Notes under the pieces: model-generated
Databases searched by the model: none
Told to the model about the DNA's origin: nothing
Seen by the model: the letters and a program-made list of their open reading frames with translations, nothing else
Part shown: in pieces, positions 1-15,233 of the stretch
Layout: every line of letters starts with the position of its first letter
Numbering within the stretch: position 1 is the first letter of the stretch
Program-made: the position numbers and the translations under genes
NCBI GenBank assembly: GCA_035084275.1
Contig: CM068746.1
Coordinates: 28,458,001 to 28,522,000, forward strand
DNA length: 64,000 bases
Direction: 5' to 3'
DNA from: Hydrolagus colliei
Lineage: Eukaryota

Positions 1-2737
1 AATTCATATCTTTACAGAACAAAGCTATAGCCCGCAAGTAATCCAGATGATTATCCTTCTGTGCTTTCAAATTGAACAAGAATTAAAACAAAAGCCACTT
101 ACCAATCCTTGAAAATAACCAAATATAATTATTACAACCATGCGCTCCAAATATTGCAATCATCTGTTGCCCACAGTGGAAATACTCCATCTGAAGTGAT
201 TAAGGAATTAGCCTGGGAATTAAAAGAGATTAAAAATGAATTTATCAGGCACTAAAGTGCACAAAGGCAGTTGTTGGTATGTCTGAGACACTGGCCTGCC
301 CAAGTCTCCATGATTATCCTCAAATGCTTTCCAAGAAAATAATAATTTATTTATTTCCGTAGTACGGTTGGGATGAGGGCTTATTGAGACATAACAAGTT
401 CTTATGATAAAAAGGCACTGTGTGGTGATCCTAATAACTTCTGATTTGCTTCTTATTAGGATTAATCTGTTCAGCAGAGTAGGAGTGATTATAGCTTCCA
501 ATCATTTGTCTGGGAGAGGCAACGGAATTATACGTTTTATTATGGAAAATAAATTAAATCTTAAGAGTTTTATGACATTTACATGCGTCTAATCGTCTTT
601 GCCAATAATCTTTCTTTCTTTCTTCCATGCAAGCCGAGGGTTATAGATGAGGTGGGTGGCTGTAAAGTGATTGACATGTAACCAGCATTACAGAGTGAGG
701 GGGAAAGAGATGGACAAGATGCAGACAGAGGAGGAAAGCTTAAACCAATTAACTTTGTGATCTGATAATGAGAAAAAACCTCCTGTAAACAGCTTGGTTT
801 CATCACAGATTAAGACCAATTTATTGCCCTCTGATAGGAAGTCCAAAATCAAGCAAAAATCAGGACTAGCTCAGAGTAAAGCCTGTCTCAGCATTTAGCT
901 GCTCATGACACTCTTGTATCTTTCTTTGTAGGGACACAAACAGAACCAAGTTTAGAGTTGTAAAGAGTAATTTCAGGACAGAAACCAGGGAGTTTTTCTT
1001 AACCGTGGTTAATTAACGACTGGAACAAGGGAGGGTGGTTGAGGTCAGGACACTGGGAATAATTTAAAAAGTAGATTAATGCTGTGATGTGGGAATGGTG
1101 GATGAGTGTTCTCAAGTGATGAGATTGGATGGCCCTCAGAGTATTTTTCATTCGAACTTGTCTATGGCTGTGATTTTGAGAGAGGGTAAATGCAAAATGT
1201 GACAGTGAGACAGGGTGAAAGCAGTACCACATTTACCCACAGCAACAGCTCACAAACAGCTGTAAAGTAAACGATTGATTTAATCCGATAATTTTCCATT
1301 TTTCAAGATCCTGAATAAAACAATGCAAAAAGTATTTGCGGCTGGAGCACTAGCCACAGGGGGGAGGTCATTAAAAATGTTTCCTCACCAAAGCTAATCA
1401 TTCCCATTTTTGGACTTGTGACATTAGAATGATGATGGTATTGATGAGTCAGACCCAACTGTTCTGCTATCATTTCTCTCAGATGCCTACAGACTGTGCA
1501 TTAATAGCAATTATGCTTATTATTTTAGAATTGCAGCATCACCCAGAAGGTTGGTGGTTGAAACTGAGACCAACACCCAACAGAGTGGGAAGAGCATTGC
1601 ATTGTCAGAGGTGCTGTTTTTCGGATGAGATATTAAGCTGCAGTCCCATCTGTGTCTATTCACAGAAATGCTAAAGATCCCTATTAGAAAGGAGAATGGA
1701 GTTTCTACTCAGCATCTTGGCCAACAAGTTCACCTCCTGGCTGTTTGCTGGACATTTTTTGTGTGTGAATTGTCCACTGCGTTTGCCTCTCAAAAGAAGG
1801 TCACTACTCTGGACAGTAATTGCCTGTGAAGCATTTTGAGATGATAGTGCTGTTAATGGTTCTGTCTCGGATGAAAAGATCAGTATTCTGATAAAATGTT
1901 GATTTTTTTTCAATCTGTGTTTTCAATGTATAAATAGCAAACAACGTCTCGCTTTTGCACAGCGTCATTCTTGAGTTTAACAGATGGAATCTGACACTGA
2001 ACAGGGGGGAGGTAAGCATAAATATGGTTGAAGTGAAAGGTCTTTAGGTGTGATCTGAAAATGGGGGAAAGTGGGGGGGGGGGGGGGGGGCAAGGTGGAG
2101 GGATTGAGAGAGAGAGTTCCAAATTTTCGAGGTGGAGTGGCTGAAAGAATGGCTACTGATGCGGAGCAGAAGAGACAAGGGAAATGAAGGAGACCAAAGC
2201 CAGCCAAGGAGAGGTGATGGATGGTGGAGTGGTGAGTAAGCAAGTCAGAGGGGTAGAGAATGCCAAGACATGAAGGGGTTTGTAGACAGATGTACATTAA
2301 TTGAATTATTTGCCGTTGTGTTATGTGAATTAGAATACTGAAGTACCAGTCTTTTGGTTTTAATATTCTATCAAAATAATGACTTAAGGTAGACATTTAT
2401 TTACTTCTGAATAATCCTCACATTTGATTCAGTGCTTAACCATGGCACTCAGACATCTCCAAGGGCTTCACATGATACACTGAAACGTATTGTGACTGCA
2501 TTTTCTAGACAAATTTGGTAACCAAATGCACACAATAATGTCTCACAAGCAATTTTTTAGTGGGGGGATTCTCTGCCAGGACACCGGGAGAGAAAATTAA
2601 ATAATTCTACTCTGAGAGATTGCCACCACACACACACACACATATACACAAACACATAAACACACACATAACACACAGACACGCAGAAAAATACACACGT
2701 ACACATATGCATTACATATACACATACACACACACAT

Positions 2738-3042
2738 AATAATAATAATCCATGCATTTGATATGGCGCTTTTCACATCTTATCGATGTCTCAAAGCGCT
2801 TCACAGAATATACTGTAAAGTGAATTGACTGTATATTTGTGGGTGAAACGCGACAGCCAAATTGCGTACAGCAGTGTCCCACAAACAGTCGTGGATTGAG
2901 ATGACGAATTTTTTTTTGGAGGGATTATTATCATGCGTTTGGAGTAAGGAAACTTGCCGAAGGTTTCGCCCTGATCTGCCTGGATTCGAACACAAGCTCG
3001 CTTGCAAGGCGAATGTTCTAACCACTGAGCTACAGGAGCTCC
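2738..3042 (-). mobile_element. tRNA-derived SINE (Pol III A/B boxes, L2-like tail, (TTA)n end)
   Basis: Minus strand GGAGCTCCTGTAGCTCAGTGGTTAGAAC...GTTCGAATCC head, followed by tail CTGTGAAGCGCTTTGAGAC...AAATGCATGGATTATTATT. Related copies lie at ~16740-17000, 18376-18640, 33940-34280, 42393-42695 (+), 42750-42920 and 53640-53937. Confidence 0.85.
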
Positions 3043-3809
3043 ACCAAAACTAAACCAATAACTGTTTGAATTCGGCAGATCGCCGCTCACTACAGTCTGT
3101 CTCATCACAGGACGTTGAGACTCGGTGCTGCTATCTCTCTCTATATATACATTGTCGCACTCACCTGTTAACGTGGCTCCCGGCCCAGCAGAGTGACAGC
3201 ATTTGCAAGTTGCTCTCAAAGATGTAGTGACTGTGTTTGTGAGGCAGGGACAATTGTTCCCCGATACTTCGACTGCAAAACCATTCATTCATTACATCGG
3301 TGTGTTTTATTTATACACAGATCTATATCATATATATCAGTCAACGCGTTGAGCCTGGAGGGAATCAGAACCCAGATTGACTGGGTTAGGGGTTAGATTA
3401 ATTATGAAGGGATTGTTCAGTTTTGTTAGGTGGTTGTGGGGGAGGGGTGGGGGGGGGGGGGGGGGGGGGGTTCAGTGTATGGGGTGAAGATTTGTAGTAT
3501 TGCTTGTGGAGAGAGAGAAAGAGGACCGAGGCAGAAATATAGAAAAGTGGGGGAGGGATAGAAAGAGGAGAGGAGGGGGGTAGGGATGTGTAGAGGACGG
3601 TGATCCAGTTGAATCCTAAAACCCATTGGTTCAGCCTCAGACTCCAGTGAGATGCGGTGTCTGTCAGTCAGTCAAACGCAGCGACAGAAATTACTCTGAG
3701 ATCAGGAATAAGGAGGTGCATTTACATCTACCCTCCCCTCTCCTCTCCCCCCACCCCCTCCCTCACACATACACACACACACACCACCAACCCTCCCTGG
3801 GCGGGTATT

Positions 3810-3875
3810 TCTCAGGCTCCAATAACAAGGGAAAAAAGCACAGCGCCAGCCTACTGCCGAGATATAAAGTAAAGT
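3810..3875 (+). promoter_or_regulatory. Candidate FEZF1 core promoter (CCAAT box and TATA-like box)
   Basis: CCAAT at ~3819 and GATATAAAG at ~3861, at the start of a CpG-rich region upstream of the FEZF1 ATG. The TSS is not demonstrated. Confidence 0.35.
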
Positions 3876-4338
3876 TTCACCGGCGCCCACCGATCCCAAG
3901 TTGGAAATCCAGACTATTTACTCGCTTTGGGGTTGGGGGCTGTTGACAGGCGGCGGTAGATGAGGGAGAGACTGATGGCGCTGAGCTGAGGCTAGAAGCT
4001 GAGGATGTTGAGCTGAGGGTATTGTGCTGGGGGCTGACTGGGGTCAGGGGGTTGGGGGTAGAGGGTCAGTGGTTTGGGGACAGGGGCTGATTTACGCAGA
4101 TCCCTTATTTGGGAGTGCGTCTCGGAGCAATGGGTGGGCGCGACCCCCGGCGTGTGTTGAGGATGTCCTGAGCGGATCTTTAACTGGGAGGAAGAAGTGG
4201 GGGTGGAGGGTGGGGGCGCTGGGGTAGGGTGTGGGTGGAGGGGGTGGTGGTGGTGGAGAGAGGAGTTAGAGAGAGAAAGAGACAATAGCGCTAGCGAGAT
4301 AACCAAAGAAAGTCGCCGAAGAGAACAAGTGACGAGTC

Positions 4339-8506
<4,168 letters not shown>

Positions 8507-9084
8507 ACCCGCGTGGCCCGCGGGCCGCCAACGCAACCTTCTACTCTCTACTCTCTCTCTCTCTCTACTCTTCTAAACACAAAATGAACCAAGGCTTTGG
8601 AGGATACAGCCGGGGATCTGCATGTAGATATCACATTGTGTTCAAAAGAAAATCACCAAACCCCCCCACCAACAAAGTGGTTGCTTGTGTGTTTGGGTGG
8701 GGGGATTGGAAGTGAATATATCTTCACTGTCGATCCATCTCAGGTTTGGAGAGACGAGTTTTAAGAATAAGGTGATATTATTCATTGTTATCAATGATAA
8801 CGAAATGGATTTAAATGTTATTTATTTATTTGTACCCGCCCGTTTTCCTTATTGCATGGATCTCTGCCGTTTCGATTAAACGATGTGTTTTGCATTTTGC
8901 AAATCTATCTATATATATATATATATGTATATATATATACGATATACAATATATGATTGCTGTGTGGTGAAACCGAAGGGAAAAAGTGAGCGAGGGCGTT
9001 TTTTTAAAAAAAACACAAAAAAAATGTTTATGCAATCAAGCTGGTTCGTTCTGTGTGGTGATGAAATATCTAAGAGATATGTTA

Positions 9085-9090
9085 AATAAA
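9085..9090 (+). terminator. Candidate FEZF1 polyadenylation signal
   Basis: AATAAA ~580 nt after the stop codon, following an AT-rich 3'UTR-like tract. Confidence 0.4.
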
Positions 9091-12000
9091 CCTTATATTT
9101 GACCCAGGGGTGGGGGGTGGGGGGCTTCACAGGAGTCGCTGGGAAGTGTAGTGACTGTGTGTTTTTGTCGGCGAACGTGATCTAATCATTCATTCTCTCT
9201 CTCCTCGTTCCTCGAAAGGTTTTTTTTTAAGGGGCAATTTATAAACGGGTGAATAATGTGACAGTAACTGAACAGGCGAGGCTGACAATAAAAACAAATG
9301 GCAAGTCCCGGCATTCCTCTGGCTTTATGTGTTTTAAGGAAACGAGTTTTGTGCGGAGACACACGTACAGCGAACAACCGACCGACTGCCGCTGGTACAG
9401 ATGGCGCTTTCACATCGGGAGGACGTCCCAAGGCGCTGCGGGCCAGTGAATCCTTATCATAGATTAGTGTTAAACGGTCGTGTTTCTGGTGGTGGATGTT
9501 TTAAATCGTGAGAATGCGATGTTACTCGTTTTTTTTAAAAAAAACACCTTATTTTGTTTTGGCAGAAGTTCGAACGTTTTTTTTGACCAAAAACAAAATA
9601 ATTTTTTTAAAAAAAAAAACCCCGAAACAGCGAGTTAGAGGAGAAGGGAATTGCACCGGGTTAACAGGTAGGAAACCGGGGGTAATGTAGAGAATAGAGT
9701 GTGTAACGGCGAGCTGGTTGCACTTTTGATGCCTGTTAGTGTAACTGACATTTCGATTAAACGGCTTTGCCGTAACAAGGTCATCTGTTTTGATTCAGTA
9801 AAGGCGGGTGATGAGAAAGGCAAGGAAACCCGGTCTCTCTCTCTTCCAGAGTTTGGTTAAAAGATTAAAACAGCCGGAGCGAAATTAGAGAATGATGAGA
9901 GAGAGAGAGAGATGGGGGTGGGGGGGGGGGGGGGGGGGAGAAGGGGGACGAGTGAGAGAGATGACAGAGATGACAGAAGGGAGAGAGCGTGGATGAGAAA
10001 GGGAAAGGGAGGAGAGCGATATATAGCACGGACGGCGGAGAGGAAAAGGAGAGAGGGAGAGAGACACGGGGGGGGGGGGGGGTGGGATGGAGTGGTGAGG
10101 GATAGAGAGTGAGTGTGGAAGGGAGGGAGGGAGATGAGGAGTGAAGAGGGAGGGAGAGAGTGAAGGGGGGAGGGAGAGGGGGAGAGAGGAAAGAAGCAGG
10201 GATGGAGAGAAAGAAATGAGAGGTCACTGTAGGATAATCAGGCTGTCAGTAAAAGGACACGAGGGGGAGAGAGCAACTCCCTTCTCTTTACCAATAGCAA
10301 ATCCTGGTCTTTAACATCCACCTGGACAGGTACGGACTGGCCATGATTATTGCCTCATTCACAGAATGGTGTCTTTGATAACCACATGGTCCTCCCACCA
10401 ACACAACACAGTCTGTGAACTCCTAGTCTCTTGGATGGGGACCTGGGGGAGGGGCTCAAAGGCACTTCCACCTGACTGGGAGGCCAGGGTATGAATGACT
10501 GAGCCAGGCTGTTACAATTCTCAGTGTCTTGAGCAGTGTTGAGCTTGTTGGCGTAAATACATAGTCAATTTGGGGCTGGTAGATGGCAACCATAGCTCGG
10601 AAACCACATTACAGCCATTACATTGTGGCAAACAACACCAACTTCAACAGAAATTACATTTGTATAGCGCCTTTCATGTCTGGAGGATGTTCCATGGCAC
10701 AGTTTGGTTTCACCAAATAGTGTTTCTTCTTGGTCAACCAGTTGTCTGACACATATAATCCTTCGCCATGCTTGACAGTGTCCAAACCAAGTTGAGATTT
10801 ACATGCACTTCCATATGGAAGGCCCAGAGATAGATTGTTGGAATGGTATGCGCACTCTCTCGCCGGAGGGATGCATCCTGCTTGTATAATTCCAGAAAAG
10901 TGTTAGGTGCAGGCCGCCAAGTGTCAAGGCTTGGGGACCCCAGATATTGAGTTGGGGGTACTGACAGTCTAATCAACTAAAACCACATAGCTTGCCTTTC
11001 ATATTGCTATCCGGTGAGCTTTCCCACTGCTTGTCCAGCTAGAACCACCCTACCTGTCAGGGCTTTGGTTTGCAGGGTTAAGTGACTGTTGCTCAGCGAC
11101 TGGTCTACCATTCCAGGTCCTGGCGAGTGAGCCAGGCTGGCTGTGCTGGTATCAGCAGTTCCTAGGAATGCTACGGACCTGCCCGGATCAGGAATCGGAC
11201 TAGAGACCTCCATCGAGGGCTGGCTCGACTCCGACATTCCATTGCCAGGCATGTCACCTTGGAACCGGTTCAGCTTTAAGGAGACCCCACTAACTTCGAT
11301 GGTAGGCGGGGAGTGATGAGTGTGACTTTGTAAGACTATGGCAAATTAGGAGCTGACAGTAGCAAAGTGGGAAGGGACATTTCCATGTGTCAAACCTGTT
11401 AGGGAGAATTAATAGGAGAGAAACGGGTAGCGATGAGCACCCATAGCCTCGCTCGGTGCGGTGATATTAGGAAGTGGGTGCATAGAAACCAGTGATTTGA
11501 AAACATTCAAGGCCGGTGAAGGAGCCAGTGTCATGGGGAGGTGGTGGACCATAACAAGAAAAGGAGAGATTAGTTACAGAGAGTAAGAGAAAGATAGTGA
11601 GAGAGGTGTGTAAAATAAGGAGTCACAGTAAAGATCACGCACACACGCCTCAGAGGCTGGGTCTCAGGAGTTGGAGACGCTGTTTTCTGGGCTTGTATTA
11701 CGGGTAAGTGAGATTGTAATTTGCTGACCTGTGCTCGGAGACCGGCAGCCTGCAGAGAGTCATTACTGTGTTGCCAAATAGGAATGGCATCCGTGCTGTT
11801 TAGACCGTTCGTCTCATCCCATGGAAGAGAATGTTCAATAGTTAGTCTCATTAGTCTGACTGTCAGCCTACCCCGTTAGTTCCCGGCTTTAACCATCCAT
11901 ACATACAGGCATGATTGCACTACACAGTGTGGCTGTCAATGTTAACCTAAATCTCTCCTCACACAACATCACCCATTAGCCACACACACAGAACCACAAG

Positions 12001-12944
12001 AACACACACATATGCAGGAGCATAATTATACACATTCAAAGATAACCACACAGATCTACACACACACATATTCGTACAAAAGAACACACATGAACAAACA
12101 CACATGAGCACACACACATCCATATATACAAACACACATTCATGCACACACACTCAGTGTACACACACACATTCAAGGATGGACACACACGGATCCATAC
12201 ACACACACACATACATAATGACACGCATGGGCAAACACACACAAGAGCAAACAAACACACACGCATCTATGTACACATACACACACTCACAAGGGCATAC
12301 ACAGAGACTCACATGTTTAGATACAGTGGTTTTGATCACAGTTTTGCACACAAGCTTGTGTTGAGAAGCTGTGGGTTTGGCTTTGCTGACCTGTGTGCTC
12401 TGACCTCCCTGTTGATCTCCTCCAGCGGCTGGATTCATTTGCTCCAGCGACTGATGGCTCCTTTTTTTGTGCAGATCCGTGGGCACAGACTGTCACTCAC
12501 TCAACAGATCATGACAACAGCCACTCCCCCCAACTCCCCAATAACAGGGCAGTAGGGAGTCAATGAGGGGCAGGCAGTACATCCCTCATTCTGCTCCTGG
12601 GCTCTGAGCAGGTCTGGTTCACCGCTACAGCTCTGTGACCTGCTGTGGTCTGAGACAGCTCTGAGACGCCGTCCGGCGTGGAGGGCGCTATATAAATCAA
12701 AGTTGTTGTTGTTGGTCAATGTGGGAGCGGGGAAAGTTCAGTGTGAATTCCATATTCTGACAACACCTGTTTATTCTTTAAAACAGTCTTGTTATAAAGA
12801 GACACACGCACATACACACACATAGTTATAACAACATTGCGTTTCACATCGGGAAGCATCCCAAGGCACTGAACAGTCAAGGGTTTGCACCTAAGCAGAG
12901 GTGGTGAGAGATATGTGTACACACACACTCACAGTTAGAAAGCA

Positions 12945-13695
12945 ACTAAGCAATGTACTAACTAATCAATGTACTAACCAATCATAACTGATTAATGTAG
13001 CAATAAATAGATGCACTAACCAATCAATGCACTAAGTTAACTAATTAATATAGCAACCAATCAATGTACTAACTGATCATTGAACTAATTTCTGCAACAA
13101 CCAATCAATGGGATAACTATAATAATAATAATCCTTGCATTTGATATAGTGTTTTTCACATCTTCTAGACCAGTGGTTCTCCAACTTTTTCAGTAATGTA
13201 CCCCTTGTTAATTTTCAACATTATCGTGTATCAACCACATACACACACACACACCACCCCCTTCACTCCACTTGCATTTTATGACCAAGCTTTTCTTATA
13301 TAACAAAATAACTAGCACATACAGAACGAGGGGAATAACAATTAAATATACAATTTGGAAGGCTATTAAACGCTACATTTATTTATTTAGCTCTCTTATT
13401 TAGCGTTTAATAGCCTTCCAATTCACTTTAAAGCATATTCTGTGAAGCACTTTGAAATGTCTAGAACAGTGGTTCTCAACAAGGGGTACATTACTGAAAA
13501 AGTTGGAGAACCACTGGTCTAGAAGATGTGGAAAACACTATATTAAATGCAAGGATTATTATTATTATGGTTGTTGCAGAAATTAGTCAGTACAATAAAT
13601 AGTTAGAACATAAATCAGTTAGTACATTGGTTAGTTAGCACATTAATTAGTTAATCCATACATTAGTTATCAGATTGGTTAGTACATTAATCAAA
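12945..13695. repeat. Large imperfect inverted repeat (foldback)
   Basis: 13121-13209 is nearly the reverse complement of 13478-13567. The flanking AATGTACTAAC arrays are also mirrored. Confidence 0.8.
13467..13516. mobile_element. 50-bp hAT (Charlie-like) mini-MITE
   Basis: CAGTGGTTCTC...GAGAACCACTG TIRs with 8-bp TSD GTCTAGAA (13459-13466 and 13517-13524), inside a SINE tail. Confidence 0.85.
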
Positions 13696-13859
13696 ACAAT
13701 AATAATTTGGTCACTCAATCCTCATCCGTTTGTGGGACACTGCTGTGCACAATTGGCTGCTGTGTTTTACGCACAAATATACAACACAAATTATTGTTCT
13801 TCTTGAGAAGCTGGTACTGAAGGAAAGAAAGCAGGAATCAGTGGAGGTATATTACAACG

Positions 13860-15045
13860 GCTATTTAACTGATTGACCAGAAGAACCCAGAGGGTGGTGG
13901 TACATGGAATGTCATCAGACTGGGAAAATGTTACCAGTGGAGTTCTACACAGGTCTGTTTTGAGACCTCTTTTGTTTAATATTTTCATAAATGATCCGGA
14001 ACTAGGAGACACAAGCGCAGTGGCTAAGATTGTAGATGACACCAAACTGAAGGTTACAAATTGTTAAGATGAACAAGATAGGTTACAGGAAGATATGACT
14101 TTACCTGAGAATTGTGCAGACCCATAACAGATGAAATTCAATGTGGAGAAAAGTAAACTACTCCACATGGGGTCAAAGAAGATCCAGGAAAGGATTGTTA
14201 TGTGAATGGAAGGAAAATAATATGCATGGAAAATGAAAAGGGTCCTGCTTGACAATAAATTAACGCTCTCCCAGCAACGCTCTGTGGCAGCTAAAGCAAA
14301 CTGGATGTAGGGATATATTAAAAGATCTGTATCATGTCAAACTAGATGTGAAAAACACAAGTCATTGTTGAGACCATATTTAGAGTACTGTGGATACTTA
14401 TGGTCATTGGAGTACAAAAAAAGGGGAGAAACCAAGGGAATACAGAGGAGGGCAACTAGAATGATTGAAGGATTGGAGGATCTGGACAATGTGGAGCGAC
14501 AAAGTAAATTGGACATGTTCATTCTAGACAACCACAACAACAAAATTGCATTTCTAGAGCGCCTTTCATATCGGGAGGACATCCCAGAAAAGACAAGATT
14601 GAGAGTAATATGATTGCGGTCTTAGGATTCCAAAGAGGCTAGACAATATACAGGACAGGGTGTCTCAATTAGTCCTGAATAGTAAAGTCAGAGGACTCGG
14701 CCTGCAATTGAAGGGGGAAAAATTCAGAACAAATCTACGGAAACACTACAACAACAACAACAAATTACATTTATAGAGCGCCTTTCACGTCGGGAGGACG
14801 TCCCAAGGCGCTGAATTCCTCACTATTTCAGTGAGGAAACAGTAAGCTTGAAGAACAGGCTCAATAGGGAGATAATTGAATCAGAAAGTGTTCATTTCTT
14901 CAAACACAGATTAAATCGTTTTATTTAAGAAAATAACATTATGGGATACTGTACATAATAGTTTGGGACATATGTGCATGCGACCGCCAGTAAGGTGGAA
15001 GGCAAATTAGATGGAGCTTGTTTTTTTCATCCGGCATTTCTTATA
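13860..15045 (+). mobile_element. Degraded CR1 LINE 3' portion with two short L2-tail insertions
   Basis: RT-like peptides QRVVV..WENVTSGV..SVLRPLLFNIFIND and RPYLEYC...IQRRATRMIEGLE, with stops and frameshifts. Confidence 0.85.
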
Positions 15046-15220
15046 ATGAATGATCTATCTACTCAAGGTAGCAATTAATTGATCCACTAACAAATCAATC
15101 AATATATTAACTAATCCATAAAATAACTAATAGATGGACTAACGAATGAATACAGTCATTTTGTGACACAATTGATCAACACTGCTCAGCACAAGTAGCT
15201 TCCATTTATAATTCTGATGT

Positions 15221-15233
15221 TGCCATCTAGTGG
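15221..15233 (-). promoter_or_regulatory. CTCF-like motif between FEZF1 and AASS
   Basis: The minus strand reads CCACTAGATGGCA, matching the CTCF core CCACNAG(A/G)(G/T)GGC(A/G). Confidence 0.45.

Noticed and set aside
2965-3042. tRNA-like sequence on the minus strand
   Set aside because: It has A/B boxes but no proper acceptor stem, runs into a SINE body and recurs in diverged copies. It is a SINE head, not a tRNA gene.
11959-12310. His/Thr- and Cys/Val-rich ORFs
   Set aside because: Degenerate (CA)n microsatellite translations. The same applies to 2557-2757 and 18009-19270.
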